DNA of 53,195 nucleotides from an uncultured archaeon (GTDB lineage: Archaea; Asgardarchaeota; Heimdallarchaeia; Heimdallarchaeales; Heimdallarchaeaceae), in NCBI GenBank assembly GCA_964534625.1, contig CAZHRF010000002.1, positions 1-53,195 of the forward strand. The letters run 5' to 3'. The position numbers and the translations under genes are program-made. Positions 18,349 to 27,444 of this stretch are shown in pieces. Position 1 is the stretch's first letter; each line of letters starts with the position of its first letter. The notes below the pieces were generated by a model. It made no database searches, was not told where the DNA came from, and saw only the letters and a program-made list of their open reading frames with translations.

Positions 18349-19347
18349 TTATATTGATGCTGAATAATCGGTTTGTTTTTCCTTATCTCTTATTTCTTGG
18401 ATATAACTTGCTGCCTCTATGGCTGCAATTGTCCCTTGACCTGTGCTTGTTGTAATTTGTCTGTGAAGCGGATTCTGAATAAGTGATGTAGCGTCTCCCG
18501 CAGCAAATACGCCTTTAACGTTAGTGTTACAATTAAGGTCAACTTTAATTAATCCATTTTCAAGTTCACAACCCAACTCTTTTGCAATTTCTACATTGGG
18601 TATTGAACCAATTTCAGCAAACACACCATCGGTTTTGAGTGTCGTGCCATCATCAAACTCAACTTCTTCAACTGTATTTGTTCCATTTATTCTAATAATC
18701 TGCTTGTTATAGAGAATTTCAACGTTTTCACGTTGTTTTGCCCGTTCAATATAGATTTGTTCGCATTTCAAGTAATCAGATCGTGATGTCCAATAAATTT
18801 TCTTTGCCCCTACATCGCTCAAAGCCAGAGTACCTGTTGCTGCTGCATCACCTGATCCTGCTACAACAACTGTTTTATCTTTAAAGAAAGACGCATCACA
18901 TGTAGCACAATATGAAACTCCTCGACCAACAAACTCTTTCTCACCTGGGACATCTAACTCACGATGTCTTCCTCCAGTAGCCAATATTAGTGCTTTCACA
19001 ACAAATACTCCATTATCTGTTATAAGCTTAAAACGATTGGGTTCTATTTTATCAACTCTGTCTACTTCAGCAAATACAACTTTCGCCCCAAATTTTTCAG
19101 CTTGATTTTTCATTTTCTCTGATAGTTCAACGCCAGATATCATCTCAAATCCAGGATAATTCTCTATTTCTAAAGCTAAAGCCATTTGTCCTCCATAATC
19201 CATACCCATGGCAACCACAGAGATTCCTGCCCTAGCACCATATAGAGCGGCTGTTAAACCTGCGGGACCCAAACCAATAATTCCTAGGTCTTTCTCAACC
19301 ACAGGCATATCTTCGATATCTGCATCTTCTTTTGGTAATAATAACAT
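18349..19347 (-). CDS. trxB: thioredoxin-disulfide reductase
   Basis: GLGPAGLTAA, IENYPG, GVSYCATCD, GVFAAGD. Confidence 0.92.
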   Translation of the reverse strand: MLLLPKEDADIEDMPVVEKDLGIIGLGPAGLTAALYGARAGISVVAMGMDYGGQMALALEIENYPGFEMISGVELSEKMKNQAEKFGAKVVFAEVDRVDKIEPNRFKLITDNGVFVVKALILATGGRHRELDVPGEKEFVGRGVSYCATCDASFFKDKTVVVAGSGDAAATGTLALSDVGAKKIYWTSRSDYLKCEQIYIERAKQRENVEILYNKQIIRINGTNTVEEVEFDDGTTLKTDGVFAEIGSIPNVEIAKELGCELENGLIKVDLNCNTNVKGVFAAGDATSLIQNPLHRQITTSTGQGTIAAIEAASYIQEIRDKEKQTDYSASI

Positions 19348-19535
19348 TCAATTTTCTCCTTTTTATAATCAACAAATAGATTATTAACGAGAGTTTTTAA
19401 TATTTTCTTTCTTCAAAAAAAAATCATCAAAATTAGGCATAATATGTAATTAATTGTTGTTATGTTATTACCACTATAGAGAGGCTTTAAAATTTTTTTA
19501 GATAGGTGGAGAAAAAATATAAATATAAAGGGTAA

Positions 19536-20096
19536 ATGCTTATTATCATGTGGAAAATAAAAGATACAACATTAAAACTAGAACAAGGTGATATCACTGA
19601 ATTTGAAGGTGATGCAATAGTTAATTGTGCAAATACTGATATGGTTCTAGGGGCAGGAGTGGCTGGTGCAATATTCAGAAAAGGAGGACAAATAATCCAA
19701 GATGAATGTAATGCATATGGATCAATATTTCTAGGAGAAGCTGCAATTACAACAGCTGGGAATTTACAAGTTAAAAAAGTCATCCATGCAGCTGCAATGA
19801 AATTGGGTGATAAACCAACGGAAAATTCTTTAAGAGAGTCCATACTAAATTCTTTGCGATTAGCAGAAGAAAACGATTTGACATCTATTGCCTTTCCTCC
19901 CCTTGGTACGTGTGTAGGAGAATTCCCCAAAAGGGAATGCGCACAGATCTTTGTTAATGAATTCAAGAAGTACTTTGAAGAAAAAGAAACCAAAATAAAA
20001 ACAGTTGTAATTTACCTTCTTAATGAGCATGATTATAAAATATTTGACGAAGAATTTGTAATAAAATTGGGGTCAAGTTCGGTTACTGAATCTTAA
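19536..20096 (+). CDS. macrodomain protein (MacroD-type ADP-ribose binding/hydrolase)
   Basis: QGDIT, IVNCAN...GAGVAGAI, ITTAGNL, VIHA, SIAFPPLGT. Confidence 0.92.
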   Translation: MLIIMWKIKDTTLKLEQGDITEFEGDAIVNCANTDMVLGAGVAGAIFRKGGQIIQDECNAYGSIFLGEAAITTAGNLQVKKVIHAAAMKLGDKPTENSLRESILNSLRLAEENDLTSIAFPPLGTCVGEFPKRECAQIFVNEFKKYFEEKETKIKTVVIYLLNEHDYKIFDEEFVIKLGSSSVTES

Positions 20097-20505
20097 AGAA
20101 ATGCTCTGATTTTAAGTGTCAATACCTGCTTTTCTTTTTTTTCTACTCTTTTTACTCCTGAATTATCATCTGTTTATAATATCAATGCGTGTATGTTCAA
20201 TTGCAAAATTAACAACCAAATGGATGAAAAGTTAAACTAAATATCCTCTTTTGAAGATTTAGAATATCGAAAAATAGTGATTAAAGCCCTATTTAAGAAA
20301 TGTTAAACACTTGTAATACTATCTAGAGTTGTATATATATTTTGGGAATTTCAGATGAAAATTCGGGAGTAGAAACATAAAAATAAACAAAAGATACATT
20401 TTCAAAGAAGATGTTCAAATCTCGGCAATTGGCTACATAATTGATGGTCTTAAGTTGTCAGTAATTAAGCATGTTTTACTTTGTATCTTTTCTATTTTCC
20501 AGAAT

Positions 20506-20958
20506 CTAACTTTTTTTAATAATCTCTCTAAAAAAATCTGATGAAAATTCCTTGTGAGTTGTGCTAATTACACTCCATTTTCCTTTTCTTTCCAATTTTA
20601 TGACTTTAGCATCAAACAACTGATTTAAATGATGGGAGATAGTGGATTGACATAAACCCGTAATGTGTTCGATTTCACAGGGACAGGATATACCGTTCAT
20701 AATTAACTTTAACATTAATAATCTGTTTTTGTTTGCTAGTGATTTGAATAGTTTTAATAATGATTTGATTTCTTTCTTTTTTTTCCACTTTACAAACTCT
20801 TTTTCCACTTGTTTTAACTTTTCTAGGCGGTTCTTAGGTGAACTTGAAATTATTCCTTGTTCATGCAATTCTTTAATTTTTGTTTTTATTTCTTCGCTCA
20901 CTTTATTCACTAGATTTTTACCGCTATACTGATTCTTGTCCACCTCATTTATAAACAT
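20506..20958 (-). CDS. ArsR/SmtB-family metalloregulator
   Basis: FKSLANKNRL, CPCE (alpha3 CxC), QSTISHHL, GKW wing; divergent from the permease. Confidence 0.9.
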   Translation of the reverse strand: MFINEVDKNQYSGKNLVNKVSEEIKTKIKELHEQGIISSSPKNRLEKLKQVEKEFVKWKKKKEIKSLLKLFKSLANKNRLLMLKLIMNGISCPCEIEHITGLCQSTISHHLNQLFDAKVIKLERKGKWSVISTTHKEFSSDFFREIIKKS

Positions 20959-21010
20959 ATCTACATATCGTGAAATATCGATATGTTTATAAATCGAAGA
21001 AATTCGATAT
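20947..21010. promoter_or_regulatory. divergent promoter with palindromic TATA and two ArsR-type operator palindromes
   Basis: TTTATAAA at 20986-20993 is about 30 bp from both starts. Boxes ATATCG-N8-CGATAT (20965-20984) and AAATCG-N8-CGATAT (20991-21010). Perfect 15-bp inverted repeat at 20947-20961/20980-20994. Confidence 0.7.
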
Positions 21011-21022
21011 GAATGAATAAAA

Positions 21023-22417
21023 ATGGTTAGTCCAATACTAAAAAAAATTGGTGAAATACTTTTTGGAGGAGTGCTAGCTCTAGCTGACTATCTCTCATTC
21101 CATGTTTTGTTATGCTTAGTTCCTGCCTTTTTCATTGCAGGGGCAATGGTAGTATTTATTCCAAAGGATTTCATTATGAAATATGTTGGAGCGGATGCCA
21201 AAAAAATTGTTGCGTATCCCATGGCAGCTATTGGGGGTTTTCTTATAGCAGTGTGTTCATGTACGGTTCTCCCTCTATTCGTTGGAATAAAAAAGAAAGG
21301 AGCGGGTTTAGGTCCGGCTATAACGTTTCTTTTTGCGGCACCTGCTGTAAACATCTTAGCTATCACCTATACAGGTGTTCTTATTAGTATGAAACTTGCA
21401 GCAGCAAGAGCTGTTTTGGCACTTGTTTTTGCAATACTTATAGGCTATTTGATGGAATTGCTTTTCGCACCAAAAAGCAAAGATAAGAAACTTAAAAGCG
21501 AAACAGACGAAGAAAGGGAAAGGGAAGTTGAAACAAAACTTGGTGAAGCTGTTGAAGATGCGTATGGAGAAAAACCTGAAGTTGTAGCAGTTAAACAACC
21601 TAAAAAAACTAATAAAGAAAAACTAACATTGACTCTACAGATTTTTGCACCTCTTATGGGATTAGTATTAGCTATTTTCAGTAAAGAAATATTGCTGGCT
21701 ATTGGCGTAGGTACTCCTGTTATACTACAGACAAGTATTTGGGTGTTAGGCACAATTGCATTAGTTATAATTTCTTTTATAGACACAAATCGTGGGTTAA
21801 ACTTGTTTTTGTGGTTAGCTTATGTACTATTTACTGGTACATCTCAGATAAATTATTTCAATGCATCAATGTTCAATGGAACTGCTGATCTAAAAGCGTC
21901 AATTTTTAATATGGCAGGAAAAGCAGTTCTAACCCTCATAATTGTTATTGGAACGTGGTTTTATAGTAAAGAGAATTTTGAGAACGAAATTCTTAAAGAA
22001 TGGATGAAAGAAACATGGGCTTTCTTCAAACAGATCTTTCCATTGATAATAGTTGGTGTATTTGTAGCCGGGATGCTAGATGTCATAATCCCTGATAAAA
22101 TAATTGAAAACTCAGTAGGTAAAAATAGTGTTTTAGCCAATTTAATTGGTGTTTTATTTGGTGTATTCATGTATTTCCCAACGTTAATGGAAGTTCCTAT
22201 AGCTCAAATGTTTTTGAGTAAAGGTATGGCAGAAGGTGTTTTACTTGCCTATCTATTGGCTGATCCTGAATTATCTATTCAGAGTATATTAGTTACACGT
22301 AAATATATTGGCGATAAGCAAAACTTTGTTTATGTGTTACTTGTGATACTGTTTACGGTTATAGCAGGCTTATTATATGGTCTACTAATTGCAGGTGAGC
22401 CTATAAGCTTGTGGTAA
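21023..22417 (+). CDS. DUF318/ArsP-family permease
   Basis: CLVPAFFIAG, AVCSCTVLPLF, FLFAAPAVN, MYFPTLMEVP; multi-TM. Confidence 0.92.
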   Translation: MVSPILKKIGEILFGGVLALADYLSFHVLLCLVPAFFIAGAMVVFIPKDFIMKYVGADAKKIVAYPMAAIGGFLIAVCSCTVLPLFVGIKKKGAGLGPAITFLFAAPAVNILAITYTGVLISMKLAAARAVLALVFAILIGYLMELLFAPKSKDKKLKSETDEEREREVETKLGEAVEDAYGEKPEVVAVKQPKKTNKEKLTLTLQIFAPLMGLVLAIFSKEILLAIGVGTPVILQTSIWVLGTIALVIISFIDTNRGLNLFLWLAYVLFTGTSQINYFNASMFNGTADLKASIFNMAGKAVLTLIIVIGTWFYSKENFENEILKEWMKETWAFFKQIFPLIIVGVFVAGMLDVIIPDKIIENSVGKNSVLANLIGVLFGVFMYFPTLMEVPIAQMFLSKGMAEGVLLAYLLADPELSIQSILVTRKYIGDKQNFVYVLLVILFTVIAGLLYGLLIAGEPISLW

Positions 22418-22435
22418 CAATAAGGAGATGAAAAC

Positions 22436-22678
22436 ATGACAAAGAAAAAAATTAGTATATTAGGCACAGGATGTAAGAAATGCAAAAAACTGCTAGAGAT
22501 AGCTGAAAAGGCTGTTAAAGAGGCAGGTAAAGAAGCAGAATATGAAATAGAATACATCACAGAAATTGAAAAGTTTGCTGATTATGATGTATTTATTACT
22601 CCAGCATTGAAAATAGAGGATCAAACTATTGTAGAAGGGGGATTAATAACTTCCAGCAAACTCATCGAAAAGTTGTAA
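22436..22678 (+). CDS. small thioredoxin-like redox protein (MTH895/Thioredoxin_3 type)
   Basis: ILGTGCKKC, TPAL; SD AAGGAG; typical partner of DUF318. Confidence 0.9.
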   Translation: MTKKKISILGTGCKKCKKLLEIAEKAVKEAGKEAEYEIEYITEIEKFADYDVFITPALKIEDQTIVEGGLITSSKLIEKL

Positions 22679-22714
22679 AGTGTTCTCTTTTTTACTTTTT
22701 GCCTTTTTCTCTGT

Positions 22715-22890
22715 TTATAGTTTATAGCCAAATATATGGAGTCAATTCATTTTTTTGTATATTTTTCCCCAGCAATCATTACACAGCGGAACCCGCCTAG
22801 AACCACAAAAATTTGGATTGTTAATTGTTTTGACTCTCGCCAAGGAACTTGTTTGCTACAACCATTACACACAATAATTTTACTTTTCAT
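22715..22890 (-). pseudogene. frameshifted small Cys-rich zinc-finger gene
   Basis: ATG overlaps the DGC stop (ATGA). MKSKIIVCNGCSKQVPWRESKQ continues in another frame as NNPNFCGSRRVPLCNDCWGKIYKK. Confidence 0.5.
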
Positions 22891-23324
22891 TGTAATTTCT
22901 CCTTATTAACGATGCGTTCAATAACTATGTTTGCAGTTTTTTCAATTTCACTATCATTTAGATAATCAGAAATTTTTTCGCTACCACCTTTAAAGACTTC
23001 CTTGAATGATCTTTTCTTTATTCCAAGATCTTTTGTTAGAACAATAGATTCAGGATTTATTCCTTGCTTTTCAACTTCTTTAGTCGTACATTTCATCGCG
23101 CACCCGTCTATTGTTAACACTTTTTCAGCATTTTGAGTACTGTTAATAACCGACTTAACACCTTGGGATAGAGCCGTTAAAAAACCAATAGAGGCTTGGT
23201 TTAGCGTAACTTCTACTGCTCGAACGCCAGCATGCCCTGTTGTTATACCAGTATTTGAAAACCCACCAAAACAGGCATAAATTACTGTCGGATAGTCATT
23301 TGTATCATGTGTATTGTTATTCAT
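22887..23324 (-). CDS. DGC-domain putative zinc-binding protein
   Basis: YACFGGFSNTG, IDGCAMKC. Confidence 0.85.
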   Translation of the reverse strand: MNNNTHDTNDYPTVIYACFGGFSNTGITTGHAGVRAVEVTLNQASIGFLTALSQGVKSVINSTQNAEKVLTIDGCAMKCTTKEVEKQGINPESIVLTKDLGIKKRSFKEVFKGGSEKISDYLNDSEIEKTANIVIERIVNKEKLQ

Positions 23325-23334
23325 AGAACAAAAA

Positions 23335-23368
23335 TCATATCGACATATTCGAGATTTTCGATTTATAT
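23335..23368 (-). promoter_or_regulatory. probable ArsR operator/TATA upstream of the DGC gene
   Basis: Overlapping ATATCG-N7-CGAGAT and TATTCG-N7-CGATTT, similar to the boxes at 20965-21010, next to TATAAA on the minus strand. Confidence 0.5.
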
Positions 23369-23454
23369 GTATTATATTCTCTTCCTATTTTGGAATTATT
23401 CATAAAAAATATTTTCTATTTCTTTAAACCGAATAAATCCCTAAAGAAAATAGT

Positions 23455-23563
23455 TAGTACTTCCGAATTAACGAAAATATTAAAGACTTTACTCATTTAG
23501 AACGCATCTTTGCCTATTTGATTACAGAGATTATAGCAATAAAGCACTATTTCGGAAGTACTA
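23455..23563. mobile_element. 109-bp MITE with terminal inverted repeats and 5-bp target-site duplication
   Basis: TAGTACTTCCGAATTA ... TATTTCGGAAGTACTA (15/16 match), flanked by ATAGT at 23450-23454 and 23564-23568. Confidence 0.8.
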
Positions 23564-23605
23564 ATAGTAAAGAAAAAAATATAAACTAGATAAAAATGTC
23601 AAAGC

Positions 23606-26485
23606 ATGAGTAACATGCCAAAAAACAAGTATTTAGAAGAGGATATGGCCAAAAAGAGAATACGGTGGCAATGTTTAGAGATAGAAGAAGTTTATGAAAA
23701 ATTATCAACAAGCGAAAAAGGACTAACAAAAAAAGAAGCAGAAAGACGACTGGAAGAATATGGCCCCAATAAAATAGAGTATGAAGAAAAATACAAAATA
23801 CTAAAAATGATTGGAGCTCAATTCAAAAACTTCTTATTGATATTATTGATTATAGCATTCATAATCAGTTTGGTTTTAGGAATTAAACACACCATAACAA
23901 GTGATGAGATATCCAAAGAATTGTACGAGGCTATAGTTATATTTGTGATTATTGTGCTAAATATAGTTATAGGTTTTGTTCAAGAATATAAAAGTGATCA
24001 CGCTTTAGAAACCATTAAACACTATTTTGAAAGTAAAGTTGTAGTTATAAGGGAAGGAAGAGAAAAGATTATTTCTTCATGGGAATTAGTGCCTGGTGAT
24101 ATTGTAAAAATTGAGACAGGAGATAACATACCTGCCGATTTGAGATTAATTGAAACTACAAGCCTTAAAATTGATGAAATACCGATAACAGGAGAATCTG
24201 CACCTGTTACCAAAGAAATAGTTACCATGAACAAAGAAGAATGTCAACTACCTGACCTCACAAATATTGCTTTTATGGGTAGTACAGTAGTTTATGGCAG
24301 AGGGACAGGTGTTGTTATATCTACTGGTAATGATAGTGAGATGGGTAAGATGACTGTTCTAACAAAAATAAAACCAGAAAAAACTTACCTACAAGAAACA
24401 ATCGACAAGTTTGCAAAAAGCATAGCTGTTTTTGTGCTTATTTTAGTCACTTTTACAATGATATATAGAGTGGTTTCATTGATAACAGTATATGAGAAGG
24501 AGTTTTTAGACGCATTTTTTGAAAGCCTAGAAATAGCTATAGTATTAGCAGTATCAGCTGTACCAGAAGGAATAGCCGTAACAATAGCTATATTGTTAAC
24601 TATAGGAGCAACAAGGATGGCAAAAAGGAATGCAATAATAACACGGTTACCAGCTGTAGAAACTCTAGGATCTGTGGATTATTTATGTACAGGAAAAACA
24701 GGAACATTGACAAAAGGGGAAATGACTGTAGAAGAAGTATGGTTATATGAAAAAAAGCATCTCAAAGTAAGCGGAACAGGGTATGATTTAAAAGGTGAAT
24801 TTTGTATAAATGGAGAAAAAATAGAACCTAGAAAATTTAAACACCTAGAATGGTTGTTGAAATGCGCATACTTGTGTAATAATGCAAGTTTGATAAAAAA
24901 TGGAAAAGAAATAAAGTTAAGAGGCGATCCAACTGAGATAGCATTAATTGTATTGGCTGAAAAAGCGGGTATAGCAAAAAACTATCAAGAAGAAGGAGTA
25001 CGTGAAATTGTCTTCGAAAGTAGAAGAAAAAGAATGACAAAAATATATAGAATTGACAATGAATACTATGCTTTTATGAAGGGTGCTCCTTCTACAGTAG
25101 TAAATAGATGTCATAGCATAATGCAAGATGGAAAAGAAATATTGATTACTAAGGAAATTCACGATGAAGTATTACAAAGAAAAGGCGAAATGTCAAAGAG
25201 AGCTTTAAGAGTACTTGCCATGGCTTATAGAAAAGTGCCAGAAGAAATGATATATGAGGAACCGGATAGAATAGAATCGGAAATGGTATTTGTGGGATTA
25301 ACAGGTATGATTGATCCACCCAAACCTGAAATTAGAGAATCAATAGAACAATGCAAAAAAGCGGGTATAAAGACGGTATTATTTTCAGGTGATCATAAAG
25401 AAACATGTATAGAAATAGCAAAAGAAGTGGGAATTCTTACAGAAGAATCTGATTTGATAGTTAATGGGGAAGAATTTAGTATATTAACAGATTATGAGTT
25501 AAAAGAAAAAATAGAAAGGATAAAAGTTTACAGTAGAGTGGATACCAAAGATAAATACCGGATAGTGAACACACTCCAAGAGATGGGACATGTAGTTGCA
25601 GTAGTGGGAAGGGGGGTGAATGATTCGCCAGCGTTAAAAAAAGCAGATATAGGAATAGCAATGGGAACAGGAACAGATCAAAGCATAGAAGCAGCAGATA
25701 TGATACTGAAAGATGATTCATTTAATACAATAGTTGAGGCAGTAGCAGAAGGGAGAACAATATTTCATAATATGAAAAAATTTGTCCATTATGCACTAAG
25801 TTCGAATATAGACGAAATATTTGAAGTGTTTATAATTTTGTCCCTATTTAATATGTTACCATTACTACCCTTACAGATATTATTTCTAAATTTATTAACA
25901 GATTCGTTACCTGCATTATCTTTAGCTAGTGAACCACATGATCCCTCTTTAATGGAAGGACCTCCTGCTAATAGGAAACATTTTTTGAGAGAAATATATG
26001 GGTTTTCTTTGCTTACAGGATGTATCGCCTTAATTGCCTCACTAGGAGATTTTCTGATAGGTTATCTGCTAATAGGGGAAGGAAGGATAGAAGCAAGAAT
26101 GACTGCGTTAAATTATACAATACCTGCAGAGTATACAATGCATGATTATGTACTAGCCTATGCTCAATTAATATCTTTTGTTGCTACAATAGTTTATGAA
26201 TTGATCTTTATTTTCTTAATCCGATGTAATGATGAGACACCATTTATAGAATCAAAACCATTGAGAAATATTTGGCTTGTTAGATCAGTATCTTTATCTT
26301 TTATTCTATTGTTAATAGTTGTATATGTTCCACCGTTACAAGCGATTTTTACTAGTTTTCCACCTGGGTTCTATTATATCTTAGGGGCACTAGATTGGTT
26401 GCTGATATTATCTCTAACTTTAGGTGTGAATATAATCGTAGAGTTATTAAGATATATTCTTCGGGATAAAAAGTGGATGAAATAG
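23606..26485 (+). CDS. P-type IIA (Ca2+-type) ATPase homolog with degenerate catalytic motifs
   Basis: YGPN, LVPGD, TGES, VPEG, GDPTE, KGAP, DPP, SSN.DE, LNLLTD. But CTGKTGT replaces DKTGT and GRGVND replaces GDGVND. Confidence 0.92.
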   Translation: MSNMPKNKYLEEDMAKKRIRWQCLEIEEVYEKLSTSEKGLTKKEAERRLEEYGPNKIEYEEKYKILKMIGAQFKNFLLILLIIAFIISLVLGIKHTITSDEISKELYEAIVIFVIIVLNIVIGFVQEYKSDHALETIKHYFESKVVVIREGREKIISSWELVPGDIVKIETGDNIPADLRLIETTSLKIDEIPITGESAPVTKEIVTMNKEECQLPDLTNIAFMGSTVVYGRGTGVVISTGNDSEMGKMTVLTKIKPEKTYLQETIDKFAKSIAVFVLILVTFTMIYRVVSLITVYEKEFLDAFFESLEIAIVLAVSAVPEGIAVTIAILLTIGATRMAKRNAIITRLPAVETLGSVDYLCTGKTGTLTKGEMTVEEVWLYEKKHLKVSGTGYDLKGEFCINGEKIEPRKFKHLEWLLKCAYLCNNASLIKNGKEIKLRGDPTEIALIVLAEKAGIAKNYQEEGVREIVFESRRKRMTKIYRIDNEYYAFMKGAPSTVVNRCHSIMQDGKEILITKEIHDEVLQRKGEMSKRALRVLAMAYRKVPEEMIYEEPDRIESEMVFVGLTGMIDPPKPEIRESIEQCKKAGIKTVLFSGDHKETCIEIAKEVGILTEESDLIVNGEEFSILTDYELKEKIERIKVYSRVDTKDKYRIVNTLQEMGHVVAVVGRGVNDSPALKKADIGIAMGTGTDQSIEAADMILKDDSFNTIVEAVAEGRTIFHNMKKFVHYALSSNIDEIFEVFIILSLFNMLPLLPLQILFLNLLTDSLPALSLASEPHDPSLMEGPPANRKHFLREIYGFSLLTGCIALIASLGDFLIGYLLIGEGRIEARMTALNYTIPAEYTMHDYVLAYAQLISFVATIVYELIFIFLIRCNDETPFIESKPLRNIWLVRSVSLSFILLLIVVYVPPLQAIFTSFPPGFYYILGALDWLLILSLTLGVNIIVELLRYILRDKKWMK

Positions 26486-26531
26486 TTCGAAACGGGTATG
26501 ATAAAAGATCTGGAGTAAGCCTTACTTTATG

Positions 26532-27410
26532 TTATATTTTATCCCAAATTCGTATTATTTCATATATAAGATGAACAACTAGGTTTAGAACCAAATTATT
26601 TTCTTGAGAGACTCTTGTCTCTACGATATCAACATAGACAGCATTAGGCAGTATGAGTTCCAATACTTCTAATAGGTCATGAGGGGAAAGACCAAATGGT
26701 TCGGGTACGCTCAACGTGGGAACATAACATTGGTCCAAAATATCTAAATCAATACTTAAACAGACATTATTGTATCGGTCCATAAATGAAAGAATTTTGT
26801 TTTTTACCTGTTTTGTATTCTTTATAATATTGCTTGTTGGAATAAAATTGATTTTATCTTCTTTGATTATATCGAATTCTTCTTTTGATTGAGAGTATGA
26901 GTGTCCTCCGATGAGCATTAATTGTTCGCTTGTTATTTTTTCGTCCTTCAAAAGATTATGAAATATAGTGGCATGAGACCTTTTTACCCCTGGGGGGTAT
27001 TCTTTTGCCAAATCGGCGTGCGCATCTAACCAAATAAGGCCTATATTTTTTAGCTCAGCTTTACTAAGGGAGAAATACGTACTGTAATGGTCACCACCTA
27101 TCATGATGATTTTCGAGTTGGTTTTTTTTGCTAATTGCCATATCTTGGAAATCCTTTTATTTTCTCCTTTCTTCGTTATGTCTATGTCACCAAAATCATA
27201 ACACATCGTTTTAGTTTCGTGGATATTGTAGTTAACAGAGATCCCACTATTATTCACCGAAAATCTTCGTATTAAACTAGGGGATTTAGCACATCCTTTT
27301 GGGGTTTGTTTTTCACCTTCATATGGTATTCCATATAAAATAATACTTTGTTCTTTGATTTCCTTCATTTCTTCTCTTGAATCAAAAAAGCCTACAAATG
27401 GTTCACACAC
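26532..27410 (-). CDS. arginase/agmatinase (ureohydrolase) family protein
   Basis: GGDH, DAHAD, SHA, SIDLDILD Mn-binding motifs. Confidence 0.88.
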   Translation of the reverse strand: MCEPFVGFFDSREEMKEIKEQSIILYGIPYEGEKQTPKGCAKSPSLIRRFSVNNSGISVNYNIHETKTMCYDFGDIDITKKGENKRISKIWQLAKKTNSKIIMIGGDHYSTYFSLSKAELKNIGLIWLDAHADLAKEYPPGVKRSHATIFHNLLKDEKITSEQLMLIGGHSYSQSKEEFDIIKEDKINFIPTSNIIKNTKQVKNKILSFMDRYNNVCLSIDLDILDQCYVPTLSVPEPFGLSPHDLLEVLELILPNAVYVDIVETRVSQENNLVLNLVVHLIYEIIRIWDKI

Positions 27411-27444
27411 TCATATCGCTCCCATATATATCAGTCTGTTTTCT

